From NCBI GenBank assembly GCA_001938485.1, contig MQRK01254417.1:54283-118282 (forward strand): a stretch of 64,000 nt of DNA, read 5' to 3'. Positions 48,676 to 60,929 of this stretch are shown here, piece by piece (the first letter of the stretch is position 1; every line of letters starts with the position of its first letter). The stretch is from Girardia tigrina. Its lineage: Eukaryota. A model generated the notes under the pieces. That model was not told the DNA's origin. It searched no databases and was given only the letters and a program-made list of their open reading frames with translations. The position numbers were made by a program, and so were the translations under genes.

Positions 48676-49560
48676 TTATATCATTAGAGATTTCCCTCCA
48701 AATTTCATTGAAGATTTTACATTCCTAGGGTGACATCGTTGTTTTCTGCTTCTTCTGATATATACACGACGGTTTTGGTATAAATAAATCTTTGTTTCAT
48801 CAGAAAAAATAATTTTTTTGCAGTATTCATCGTTTAGTGTACTATACTGATGGCACCAGTGCTTTCGCGTTTTGATTTGCTTTGCTGTTAAGTGAGGTTT
48901 CAAAACAGCTTTTCGTCCATACAAACCTTATTGTCGTAAGATTCGTTTGACAGTTGAATTAGAGATTGTTTCTCTACTAATCCACTTTTTTTGAAGTATT
49001 GTTGAAGATTGAAAAGGTTTTTTCTTGCTCATTATTATCAAATGACGTCTTTCTCGTAGAGTTTTCATTGCAGGACGGCCTGATCTGTACCTATCTTCTA
49101 AAGACGTAGTGTTTAGAAATTTTTTATATATTTCCTGTACACTTCTACGCGAAACTCCAAATTCTTCTGCCACTTGTCTTTGAGATTTCTTGTTTTTCAT
49201 TTCATCAACAATTTCCCATCTTTTCAGTTCATATATTTTGGTCATTTTCTACTTAATTAATATAATTTATGGCATAAAACATACTTATCCTTTCGAAACA
49301 AAGCAATTTATAAATTTTAATTATAACGACAATTTGAAAGTGGCTCAAAACTTTGGACCAAATAGAATATTTAAACAACTATATTTTACCATTTAGAATC
49401 TTAAAGTAGGATATATTTTTAATACTCATACCATTACATAATGCAGGATTATCTGGTTTATAAAATACGTTAAATTTATTTCAACAGATTATATAATTTT
49501 GCATAAATTTGTGAAATTTTAAAATATTTTTAGATGGCTCAAGACTTTTGACCGGAACTG
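48676..49560 (-). mobile_element. 5' half of a Tc1 transposon (IR-DR type)
   Basis: TIR CAGTTCCGGTCAAAAGTCTTGAGCCA with inner repeat near 49340; ORFs 48928..49245 (RSGRP HTH) and 48676..48924 (IIFSDETK). Confidence 0.85.

Positions 49561-49622
<62 letters not shown>
49561..49622. repeat. (TA)n microsatellite
   Basis: Direct reading. Confidence 0.9.
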
Positions 49623-49749
49623 NNNNNNNNNNNNNNNNNNNNNNNNNNNNNNNNNNNNNNNNNNNNNNNNNNTTCAAATAGAGCCTTTATTACATGATTG
49701 ATTGCATAATCACCTTCTCATATATAAGCTGCAAAAAGCCAGTGTTAAT

Positions 49750-49792
49750 TTAGTCTGAAGATGGCGGGTAATCCGCCGAAATTAATTACGAT
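49750..49792 (+). ncRNA. Minimal hammerhead motif of a second family; stem I weak
   Basis: GU-CUGAAGA-U-GGCGGguaauCCGCC-GAA-AUUAAU-U-AC. Confidence 0.7.
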
Positions 49793-49809
49793 ATATATAT
49801 ATATATGGT

Positions 49810-50330
49810 TTTTTTGCTTGTGGTGCTTAAGACTTAATTTATTAATCTTTTTTTATCAATGTCATAATTTCGTCAAAAGTTCAACAGATTACCCCCACTA
49901 ATACACTGTTGATCTTTGGACAAAATTACAGGTGTTTGTTTGAAAGAATCTATTGTCTAATCAAGTTTAGAGGAACATACAAATGGATTAAGGAATTTAA
50001 AAGCGACTGATCAAAGGTTGAAAACGAAATATTATGAAAGTCTCTAAAAATTTCAGATGAAAAATTTGTTGAACTGTAGAAATTCGTCTCTAAGAAAATC
50101 AAAAAATACCGCTAGATTGAAGTGGTAAGCGCTACATATCATAATATACTGACATCATTGGGAATTACAAAACTATGTCCGAGGTTCGTTGTCAAAATTC
50201 TCAGCTATAAAACGTCTGATAAGTGACTTCAAATCTGTTCTGAGAACCTTCAATTTTTTTATTAAATTGATAACAGAAGTTTGAATAAAATTTTCATTGA
50301 AGATAAAACTTCAGTAATAATACATTCATG
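49810..50330 (+). mobile_element. Highly decayed mariner remnant
   Basis: Fragments TYKWIKEFKS, ILTSLGITKLCPRFVVKILS. Confidence 0.5.
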
Positions 50331-51247
50331 ATGATCGGAGGTCATTCAAAGATGATCGATGAAACTAAAAAGCGAACACGTGGTGTTCTCCCTATTGTTA
50401 ATAAATTTGTCAAGAAGAGACAAAATCCCTATTGATAAAAATGAATTTTTCTGTAAAACACTCCAATTTAAAAACTTTCGGTGGCAATGAGTGCGATTCG
50501 TGATAGTTGCCTTGTGAGGTTGAGTACCAAAGACACATTCCGATAAATATTAAACCCCGAAGACAACCAGATCATCTACAAGCAAAAAAATGGACTTTTG
50601 TTTTCAACCGAGTGATGGGCCTATGTAAGTTCGATTTGGTTCTCAAATTCGTTTCTAGAGATTACGTTGACTCTTTGCAATGTTCGAAACATCTTATCTA
50701 CCAAATGAATATTGGTAAACTAAATCCGATCACTAACTCAAAAAATATATAACAACAAGAAGTTTTTAACCGATCAAAAGTATTCTATTGAATGTGAACT
50801 TTATCCAATCGTTCAGAATTGAATGAAACTTTATCGATTATATGTTATATTTTTGATTATATATTTGATAGGTGTTATAATAAATGAAATAATATTTACA
50901 AATCAATTATGATATTTGAAATAAATATTAATAAAAAATAATTTTGCTTATAAGCAGCTATGTGTTTGTATAAATTTGTCGGAATATTATCGTTGAAGGT
51001 TGTTAGACTGATTAAGAAGGAAAACTAATTATTTTTTCTGTCGTGAAATAAATGTTTCATTAAAAACATTTTATTTTGTTTAGTGTTTACCATATAATTA
51101 ATATCACTATCAATTTCACCCATATTTATAATTATTTTCAATTCAAAAGAAAATTAATTAACCATAATATTTAGAAATATCACATATCGTTTACAATATA
51201 ATTTTATAATTTATTAATATTATAAATTATTCATTATTGTTGTTTAG

Positions 51248-51382
51248 ATAATCAAAGATGACCCTTTCTTTGATGCTCAAGAGGATCACAGTTTGATCGG
51301 AGTGGCAAATATTTATTTAAGTTGTTTGTTTCATAAGATTAAATTCAAATATCAAGTACCAATTATAAATCAGCAAGGAGAG
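51248..51382 (+). CDS. KIF13: KIF13 exon (IIKDDPFFDAQEDHSLIGVANIYLSCLFH...VPIINQQGE)
   Basis: DPF..QE.H.LIGVAN motif; tttag and GTAATA splice sites. Confidence 0.94.
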
Positions 51383-51592
51383 GTAATATTTAGATATTAT
51401 TAACATTATATTTAAACATTAACTTTTGATAGCAGTATATTAAAATTGTATACCATAATATTTTTTTTAATTTAATTTTTTTATATTAAATTATGAATAT
51501 TTGTTTTATATTACGATTTATAATATTTTTCAGATTTTAATATTTTATAAAATTTTTAGCAATAAAAATAATTTCATTAAAAGTATTATATA

Positions 51593-52823
51593 TTAGGTTG
51601 TTCGATATGAAACGGGTCAAACTTCACACCTTACATTTCAATCGCGTATAACTTAACTTTGAACTATCGTATGAAAATAAATAAGGTATTTCTTGACAGA
51701 TANNNNNNNNNNNNNNNNNNNNNNNNNNNNNNNNNNNNNNNNNNNNNNNNNNNNNNNNNNNNNNNNNNNNNNNNNNNNNNNNNNNNNNNNNNNNNNNNNN
51801 NNNNNNNNNNNNNNNNNNNNNNNNNNNNNNNNNNNNNNNNNNNNNNNNNNNNNNNNNNNNNNNNNNNNNNNNNNNNNNNNNNNNNNNNNNNNNNNNNNNN
51901 NNNNNNNNNNNNNNNNNNNNNNNNNNNNNNNNNNNNNNNNNNNNNNNNNNNNNNNNNNNNNNNNNNNNNNNNNNNNNNNNNNNNNNNNNNNNNNNNNNNN
52001 NNNNNNNNNNNNNNNNNNNNNNNNNNNNNNNNNNNNNNNNNNNNNNNNNNNNNNNNNNNNNNNNNNNNNNNNNNNNNNNNNNNNNNNNNNNNNNNNNNNN
52101 NNNNNNNNNNNNNNNNNNNNNNNNNNNNNNNNNNNNNNNNNNNNNNNNNNNNNNNNNNNNNNNNNNNNNNNNNNNNNNNNNNNNNNNNNNNNNNNNNNNN
52201 NNNNNNNNNNNNNNNNNNNNNNNNNNNNNNNNNNNNNNNNNNNNNNNNNNNNNNNNNNNNNNNNNNNNNNNNNNNNNNNNNNNNNNNNNNNNNNNNNNNN
52301 NNNNNNNNNNNNNNNNNNNNNNNNNNNNNNNNNNNNNNNNNNNNNNNNNNNNNNNNNNNNNNNNNNNNNNNNNNNNNNNNNNNNNNNNNNNNNNNNNNNN
52401 NNNNNNNNNNNNNNNNNNNNNNNNNNNNNNNNNNNNNNNNNNNNNNNNNNNNNNNNNNNNNNNNNNNNNNNNNNNNNNNNNNNNNNNNNNNNNNNNNNNN
52501 NNNNNNNNNNNNNNNNNNNNNNNNNNNNNNNNNNNNNNNNNNNNNNNNNNNNNNNNNNNNNNNNNNNNNNNNNNNNNNNNNNNNNNNNNNNNNNNNNNNN
52601 NNNNNNNNNNNNNNNNNNNNNNNNNNNNNNNNNNNNNNNNNNNNNNNNNNNNNNNNNNNNNNNNNGTGTTTTATACTAAAGGGTTAAATGTGTTACCATT
52701 GAAATGGCAACAGTGTGTTGACAACATGGGGGGATATTTTGATTAAAAATAAAATGTTATTATTTAAAAAAATCGATTTACATTATACTTTAATTTTGAC
52801 CCGTTTCATATCGAACAACCTAA
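51593..52823 (+). mobile_element. Young mariner copy 3 (cecropia-like), interior is an assembly gap
   Basis: Same perfect TIRs, TA TSDs, FYTKGLNVLPLKWQQCVDNMGGYFD*. Confidence 0.92.
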
Positions 52824-54310
52824 TAATTCACAATTAAATCTTCCTTTCCTAAGTTATTTCAATAGTGGAATTTGTGTATATCCATAAAAAAGTTGTATAT
52901 TGAAAATGTTTTTCAATCTTTTGTAATGTTTTTTTTCAGTTAAGACATTTATTTTAGCCAAAATTCATCGTGAAAAATAATTTTCAAAATTTATTTTTCA
53001 GTTTTTCAACAATTTCATACATAAAATCATAATTCAAAAAAAATGAAAGGAAATTATTACAGTAAACAAAACTTTACAAAAAGTTACTTCGCATATTTAG
53101 TGGTTGTTCTCAATTAAAAAGTTGGAGACATTTGTTGATCTGTCTCTAAGAAGGGATTAAAAATGGATTAATTGCGATGAACATTAACTCTAAGATCACT
53201 TAGAAGATAAACCTACAATTTAATTTATGATTTATTTTTCGAAAAATATAAATAGCGCAATAATTAGAAATAAAAATTTCGAAAATAATAATTGATTTAA
53301 AAAGTGAGTAGCTTTGAAATTTTCAAGATCACTATTATTTTTACACAAGTAGAGTTGGATGAAATTCGTGCGATTGATCCAAGTTGTGAAGGTCTGAACC
53401 ACTGTATTCTCTGATGAGCATATTGATCTTTCGATCGATAAAACAATAAAAACTGTCGAAAATTTGCTAAATTATTCAAACTGGTTATTGTTAAACTATT
53501 TCTATTCAAAAATATTTTCTTTATTATTCTAAAACGTCCTCTCAAACAATGTAAATAATCGAATATGTTCGTATTTTTTACTTTTTTTGCTTTAAATTTA
53601 TTACAAATTTTAATTTAAGAATGTTTTTCAATTACTTTTTTAAATAAAATGTTCTGTAACAATATTTATTTTTATTTTTAGTTTGTTTTTGAAAAAAACA
53701 TTAACTTATAGAAAATAATAAAAATAAAAATATATTAAATTGATTTAATCATTTTATATATCATATTAGCCATGTGTTATACATAATTTGCATATCTTAT
53801 AAATTAAATAATTTTACACAAAAGTTATAAAATAAGTAATTTTAATTTGTATATTTTCAATAATAAAAAGGAAAAAAGATTTTTGAATGATAATGAGGAA
53901 AAAAAAGTGACTATTTTTAACAAAGTGAGCCCATACCTTTCTGAGTTTGAGAGGCCCTCAATCCGATTTGATTGAGACTCTTTAATTTATATATCGTAAA
54001 ACATAAAGTTGATACGATGGTATTGTTCAATCAGATTAAATATGATTCTAAATGAATCAACAAACAGTATTATTTAATCAAGAAATATTATTTTGCAACA
54101 AGGAAAGAACAAAAATATTACAACAATACAAACAATAATCAAAACAACTACTAAACAATTTTTTGTACCGTAGCCGTTGGGCCGTGGGTGCATTCAATTA
54201 TGCACAAACATTACAATTAGAAATCTGATATTTACTTTTAAATAACACAATAATAAATTGTCTCAAATTTTTGAAAATTCGTTGATAATTTTTTACTTCT
54301 GTTATTAATA

Positions 54311-55439
54311 CCGAATGTTGTGACAGTCTCGTCAAATAAGCACTCAAAACAGATAAACATGTGTAGTTCAGAAAATATAAAAGAAATATAATTGAATCTT
54401 TTAATTCAAGTTGAAAAAAAGTTTTCATTCATTCAAAAACGCCTCTGGCAGATTCTTTCAGACCTTCGCAACAGAATTCTGCATGGAATTGACACTTGTG
54501 TGACGAGTACAGCATGCTTCACTATCTACACACGTCCATATGGAGTAATCCAGAGGATTCATATCTGTTGAAGATGGTGGCTACTTGTCTTTGGTTGTAA
54601 AAAGTACGGCAATGTCCTCCAAGAACTTTTTTACTGCCTTAGTGGTATGGAATGATGTAATGTCTTGATAAAAAAGAAAAATTCCCCCGGGGTACTCCTT
54701 CTTCAGTCACGGAGCTTGCTGGTAAAATGTTGCATTTAGTCTATAACAAGTAGGGAAGAATACTGAGGGTTGACTTTTACATTTGCTACCACCACTCCCA
54801 GTATCATTATGCTGACAGGATACTTTATTCTGCTAATTGTTTCTGTGTCACTGAATTTATCACCCCCTAAATGAATGACGCAGGTTTTCGTCTTCAAAGA
54901 CGTAAACAATTCCAGCTGGATGAGACATCATGTCATTCAAAAGGGCATGATACAATTTAAAACAATTCTGCTTCATCGCATTGAATAGCAAAGGTCTCTC
55001 GATCATCACAAGACTCTTGCCACCAAATTCCTTGACTGCACGACTGATTTGTGACTTGTAAATACCTAACTTTGAAGCATGAACGTTTAGGAAGCATGAA
55101 AGCTAGGATGTTTATTTTTGATTTTTAACCACTGCTAGGTTTCTATTGCAGACTTTCGTTTGCAGCCAATTGTTTGCGGACATGATCTACTATTCGTACA
55201 GAGCAACCAAGTTGCTCTGCAGCTTCATCGTCAAGGTGACCCGTGCAAAGCAATGTGGCAATCTTAGCACGCTTTACTGCATTGTGTTTACAAACAGTTT
55301 TCTAAATATCAAAGATTTGTTTATAAAGCATGTCAATACTTAAAATTTCTAAATTAAATATAAATAAATTATTACATAGCATCTTAAGTTCCTTAAATCT
55401 AGAGTCAAAGTTCGTTGACAAGACTTTCACAATACCCGG
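54311..55439 (-). mobile_element. Decayed maT (DD37D-type) transposon
   Basis: Imperfect TIR CCGAATGTTGTGACAGTCTCGTCAA / TTGACAAGACTTTCACAATACCCGG with TA TSDs; PPSSTDMNPLDYSIW on the minus strand. Confidence 0.75.
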
Positions 55440-56609
55440 TATGTCATTCTCTACATTAAAAAAGATCAAAGCGGCAATATTTTCATAATTTAAAATTATG
55501 TAAATTTATTATACATATGAGTACCAATAATATATCACAGAAAGTATCAAAATATCGACCCGTATTATCGAGATTGAATGTGCAACTAAGATTAATTTAA
55601 TAAAATAAATTAAATTTAAAAGGAAATATTTAATTATTATAATATAATTAATTTAATATACTTAATAATAAATATTAGTTGAAATTTATATTTTTATGAG
55701 GATATTGTAATAGCCTGATACTTCACTTAAACGAACAGACGGTGTCCGAGGTCTTTCATGTGGTTTCTTTTCTCCTTTTATATTTTTTATGTCTGTATGC
55801 GATTCATATGGTTTCTGTGTCGTGTCATGTGTAGTTGTCTGAGGTTAATTTTTGTGATGCATTTTTTTGTGTTGTTATATTTTTATTCATATGTTTTTAC
55901 CTTTTAATTTTTTTTAAATGAGTTTCTTTTTTTTATTTTGAGTCATAAAAATGAGTTCTTATTTTTATTTTATCAACGGGAATTATATTTCTATGAGATT
56001 TTAGTGCGACTATTTTTGGGTTTCGATTCAATCTTTGCCGACTGTCGATTCATATGATCGTTTAGAAATTGTCAAATTATTGCAATTAGTTTTGCGTATT
56101 CAAATTGGAATCAGATAAAAAAAGAATTAAATTAATGATATTATCCTTAATTATAACTACAATATTATTTCTATGTAATATTGTAGTTAGGATTTTATAA
56201 TTTTGAATATGAATTCAAATTATAAAAATCGATCACAAATTCTTAATAATAATATTCCGACTATAACATATCCGCTTTAATAGTCGTTGTCTTTATCAAA
56301 TCCTGATTGAACAATTATTCCACTGCTTATCAAACAACAATATTTACCGACGAAACAGACTATTATTCTTCGATTTGAACTCTGTATTTATTATTATACT
56401 GTTTTGGGTTAAATCTATTTATTTGTTGATTTAGTTTTATTATTTTTAATAGCTAAACAGGTTCACCTTACCACGTTTTAGCACGGTTAGTCTGTTTAGA
56501 ATTTCATTTTTTGTACAAAAGCAAAACGTTACGTTCTTGTTAGAAATAGTAATTTCGATTTACCTGCAATTATAATTAGGAGAACGAAATTATTATTTTT
56601 ACAGATATA

Positions 56610-56824
56610 CAGGGTGTCCCAAAAATATGTATACACATTAAAAATTTAATTTTATTGAATTTTATTGAATTTTATCGCGTTGTCAGAAGTGTCTGGATCA
56701 AGATGGACGTCAGTTTGAGAACAAACTGTGACCAATATAAATAAATATTACTCGTACTTATTTTTACTTTTTTAATCAATAAAATTAAATTTTTAATGTG
56801 TATACATATTTTTGGGACACCCTG
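56610..56824. mobile_element. Tc1/mariner-type MITE
   Basis: Perfect ~48-bp TIR CAGGGTGTCCCAAAAATATGTATACACATTAAAAATTTAATTTTATTG, TA TSDs. Confidence 0.92.
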
Positions 56825-56972
56825 TATTTAGAATTATGATATATTTAGATATATTTAAAATTTTTATGAGGATATAAATAATCCAATATTAGTTTGATGC
56901 AATATTGTGACACATGTAACAAAGATTATGTTTAGTAATCCTATTAAAAACTCATTGATTGTATTGTTATAG

Positions 56973-57163
56973 ATATCCGGTAAGTTGGCTGTCGAATTAT
57001 CCGTGGTGAAGGGCGAGTTGCCCGACCTGGCGACCCGAGAATCGTCCGCCATGACAAGCTCCATATACAGTCAATCCCAGAACCAGTTATCAATGACATC
57101 CTCTGTTATATCTGGCCCAAACTATACTTACGATAACTCAGATGATGCGAGTGGACCGTCAAG
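56973..57163 (+). CDS. KIF13: KIF13 exon (ISGKLAVELSVVKGELP...)
   Basis: Continues GE|ISGKL (compare GEVAGRL); tag and GTATAC splice sites. Confidence 0.87.
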
Positions 57164-58717
57164 GTATACTTTAAATAATATTGCTCACTACATATTATTG
57201 TAAGAATTCTTTGTAAATTTATAATTTTATGGTTGCAAATTTATTTCAATATTTGTTTGGTAAACATTGTGTTCCCATTAACAACCATGTCTGGAATATT
57301 TATCGCATTTTCCATACATTCTCTAGATAAAATAACAAAACTCAATGTATTTTATTACATTTTTGAAAGATTACATTTTGTTGAAGTTTTATTTTTTCCA
57401 ATTTCAACGTAATAAAATATAAAATGTCAATCTAAACCTACAGTTAATGTAAAACTAGTTTTAGGAAAATCTTGTAAAAAAAATTTTAAAACAGTTAAAA
57501 ATACTTTTTTATTATTTTTATTGGTAAATTTGTGAAATCAGATAAACCTATTTTTATAGAATTTTTATGTTCCTAAAGGCGAGATTGACGGCAACAAAAA
57601 GAACTGAAGGATGTAATGTATGCTTCATATTTTCATAAACTAGAAAAAGCCCATTAAAATTATTCAATAATAAATATAATACCAACAGAGAATGATTTTT
57701 ATACACAAGAAATATATTTTATTTTTAAGATAAAATCAGAGGATAGATTGACTTTAAACAACCGGATGAAAAATATAAATAACAATTTATCTTCAATGAA
57801 GATTTTTCATATTTTCTATAATTATTTTTTAGAAAAACATTTTATAGTTTTAGGCTATTTCAATTTTTTACAAAATTACAGCTGTTTATTAGACTCATTA
57901 AAAGGGAACATGAACCATCGGATAAATAACTCTAATAGAACTGCTTTGTAATATTATAAATAAAAGATTAAAAAGGATTACAGTTTTTGTAGAAACAATC
58001 AAAGCTTCAAGCATAATTTATCATAGCATTGATGTGCCCAAGAACTGTAGGGGATTGTAATGTAACAACAAATAAATATAATCTGGTTTCAGTTTTTTCA
58101 TTCTTGTTCAAAAATTTCTTTTTATTTATAAAAATATGCAATAAAATTAATTTTCTGAAATTAAAATGTTTTTGTTGCGATTTTCTTAAATCTAGCTCGT
58201 TGTTTATCTTATCGTTTTTATTTTATAATGTTTAATATTCTATTATGGTGATAAAAAACATTTTCATTAAAATGTTATTTTTTATCGCTTGTTTATGATT
58301 TTAACATGAAGATGGAGAATATAATAATAATACTGAATGTTGGTTGCAACAGAGCGTGCGCTGCTTGGCAGCGGAGCCCCGGTGCCGGTGATATGGTGTC
58401 TCTGTGTCGTTGGGTAGGGGAGCATAATCCAATCTCATCTAAACGATCATCATTATTTACTTGTTCAGTTGAACTAGTGGAAGAAGGATTGAGGATAGTT
58501 TTCCATTTCACAGACTCTGGATAATTTATTGTTTGGTTCATTTTAAATTTAATATTCTCAAATCGTAATTATTTGTGAGAGGAATATTTTGAATTTGGAT
58601 CAAACACTGACAATGTTATCATTTGGAAATTAAATAATATTTTATTTTCTTCAATAATAAATATAAGAATATCCAAAAAATTGTTTATAATCCCTAAAAC
58701 AGTTCTATTGTTTTCAG

Positions 58718-58994
58718 GTCCACGAGTGGGTACAGTCTCGGAAGTAGTGTAACCGTGAAGGTTCGAGTTATTCAGGCCACATATTTGCCTGAGCATTTAT
58801 CCCATTTCGTGTTCTGTCAGTATCATTTCTGTGGAGAAGAAGACGCGACCGTGGTTCCCCCAGCCCTACAACCAGATTATGTTCAAAGAAATACAGATAA
58901 AACAACATTTAAATTTAACCATTCAACTGAATTCCACGTTTTATTAACTGATGAATTATTGGAACACTTCGCTGAAAATGCTTTATCCATTGAG
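58718..58994 (+). CDS. KIF13: KIF13 exon (VKVRVIQATYLPEHLSHFVFCQYHF...ENALSIE)
   Basis: LP..LSHFVFCQY.F motif; ttttcag and GTAGAA splice sites. Confidence 0.93.
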
Positions 58995-59051
58995 GTAGAA
59001 TTTTCGATAAACATCTTTTTATTACATTCACCGATATACATTTTTGAATAG

Positions 59052-59471
59052 GTTTACGGAAACAGAAATCCAGGATTTGCAGCTGTTCAAGAATGTGAGC
59101 GTAGTGTAAATAATGCATGGAAGGCCAACAATAAACCGGAATCATTATTGAAATCAAGTGAGACTGTCATTGATGACGAGGATAAACAAAATGAGGCTAG
59201 AAGTATTGGGCGGAAATTTGGTGACAGGTGGATAGAATTGTATAGGAGGCTGGAATTCTGGGTGTGTATCGAAGAACTAAATGAGAATGGACAATATCAA
59301 AAAGTTGATTTAAAGCCATCGTCTAACTCCTATTTCAGTGACATTGCAACTGGTGGCCAATTCCAACTGAAACATGGACAAACTAGACGTGTACGAGTAT
59401 TTGTTAGAACAAATAAACTTTCCAGAGGCTGTCGTGGCAGTCTTCCATTAATATGCGACAAAATCCAAGAA
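59052..59471 (+). CDS. KIF13: KIF13 exon (VYGNR...DRWIELYRRLEFWVCIEELNENG...TGGQFQLKHGQTRRV...)
   Basis: 140 open codons; ELNENG and TGG.FQL..GQ.RR motifs. Confidence 0.93.
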
Positions 59472-59515
59472 GTAAAATAAATTTACAGTTTTGTAATTAT
59501 TTCATGTATAATTAG

Positions 59516-59662
59516 GTGTCCATTGGAGATATATTTGTAATTAGAAAAGGTTTTAATAAGTCTCCTGATTCGTATCAAGAAGAAGATTTAAATCGTCTAC
59601 GAGATGCCTGGTCTGTAGCGGTTTGCAAGCGACAAGAATATTTAAATGAACAATTACAAAAG
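59516..59662 (+). CDS. KIF13: KIF13 exon (VSIGD...DSYQEEDLNRLRDAWS...YLNEQLQK)
   Basis: DSYQEEDL motif; tag and GTTTAT splice sites. Confidence 0.92.
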
Positions 59663-59710
59663 GTTTATTATTTATTCTTTAAACATATTTGTATAAATAT
59701 TTCACTAAAG

Positions 59711-59909
59711 TTAGTCAACATTGAAAATAAAACCTCGACAGAAGATGAACGTGAAAAATCACTTATGAATCAATGGATGCGTCTTACAGAAGAGCGTAAT
59801 GCAGTTTTGGTTCCGGCTCCGGGATCAGGTATTCCAGGTGCCCCTGCCACATGGAGTCCTGTTGATGGAATGGAAAAACATTGCCCACTTATCTTTCTCA
59901 ATATTAAAA
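59711..59909 (+). CDS. KIF13: KIF13 exon (LVNIENK...QWMRLTEERNAVLVPAPGSGIPGAPATW...)
   Basis: LTEERNAVLVP.PGSGIPGAP is diagnostic for KIF13. Confidence 0.93.
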
Positions 59910-59961
59910 GTATAATCAAATAAGGAAATATTAACATAATTTGGTTTTCAATAACAAATAG

Positions 59962-60371
59962 ATGACGAAATCAGTACTGCTGGTGCAGCTGCTCTGAGCG
60001 ATCCAGGCCCTATATCATGTGGGATTGATAATCACGGAAATATCAGTGTAATAGCTGGAGGAAATTGCTTTCTGTACGGAAGCAGTGACGAATCTGATTT
60101 TATAAATCTACCACTTATCAAAAGATATGAAACATTATGTGGTGCCGTGGCTCAATGGGATTCTTCGTTACATGACAGCATACTTTTGAATTCTGTCACA
60201 CCAGCGGGGGATCGAATCTACGTTACGGTGCGCGCTGTAGTCAGACTAACTCATCCTGATCTTGTTGATCTGGTTCTCCGCAAGCGGATATGTATCAATA
60301 TATACAGAAATCAGACATTCGCAAGTTTCTTGAAGAAGAAATGGACCCGTTATGTAACTGATGATGAGTCT
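59962..60371 (+). CDS. KIF13: KIF13 exon, DUF3694-like region (AQWDSSLHDS...VRLTHP...LVLRKRICINIY)
   Basis: tag acceptor, GTAAGC donor at 60372 (weaker alternative GTAACT at 60354). Confidence 0.9.
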
Positions 60372-60929
60372 GTAAGCCAATTTAATTATAAGTATAATTT
60401 AATTTACTAAGATCAAATTCAATGATTTTTTGGTTTTCAATTTTTCAGGAAACACGATTGAGATATAATTAGATTTATTTTAATACTGTTTCATTCCACC
60501 TAAATATTTATATCAATAAAAAATATTTCTTACGAAAATTATCAATTGTAAAATGATTCATTTTGGTTTATTACTTTATTTTTTCGAGTTTTAAAAATTA
60601 TAAAATGGTCGTCATCCATTCGGAAAGGGTTAATGTTTTTTTCTATTAAAATTGAAAAAGTCGGTCTTTAATACATATTTATAATTATTTTGTTTCACTT
60701 ATGTAAAAGTGAGGAGATTTTTTTATCAATAACATTTCGAAAATACGGTAATCAATAGTTTCTAGAGCAAAGATTCGAAGAGAAGCAGAAGGAAAAACGA
60801 ATTTAAACGAAATAATAAAATTAAATAAAATTAAATAAAATTAAACGAAAAAATAATTTAATATACGAAGATATTTGGAAAATTTCCAGAAAGGAGTGGC
60901 AAATTGAGCGAATTTATTTTTGAAATGTT

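Larger units (their letters stand above)
5387..60371 (+). other. KIF13: Kinesin-3 KIF13A/B-like (Khc-73) gene span, 19 exons, 5'-incomplete and probably 3'-incomplete in this window
   Basis: Manually spliced GT-AG exons keep one frame for 3738 nt. Motifs: NSESSRSH (switch I), DLAGSER (switch II), [44 protein letters not shown] (DRILWGMNHFFRLNCP), WSLEKLENK, PAPGSGIPGAP, AQWDSSLHDS. Confidence 0.95.

Noticed and set aside
50480-50750. IPINIKPRRQPDHLQAK as a host exon
   Set aside because: It resembles the start of a Gypsy RT, is not needed for the KIF13 frame, and is too decayed to delimit.
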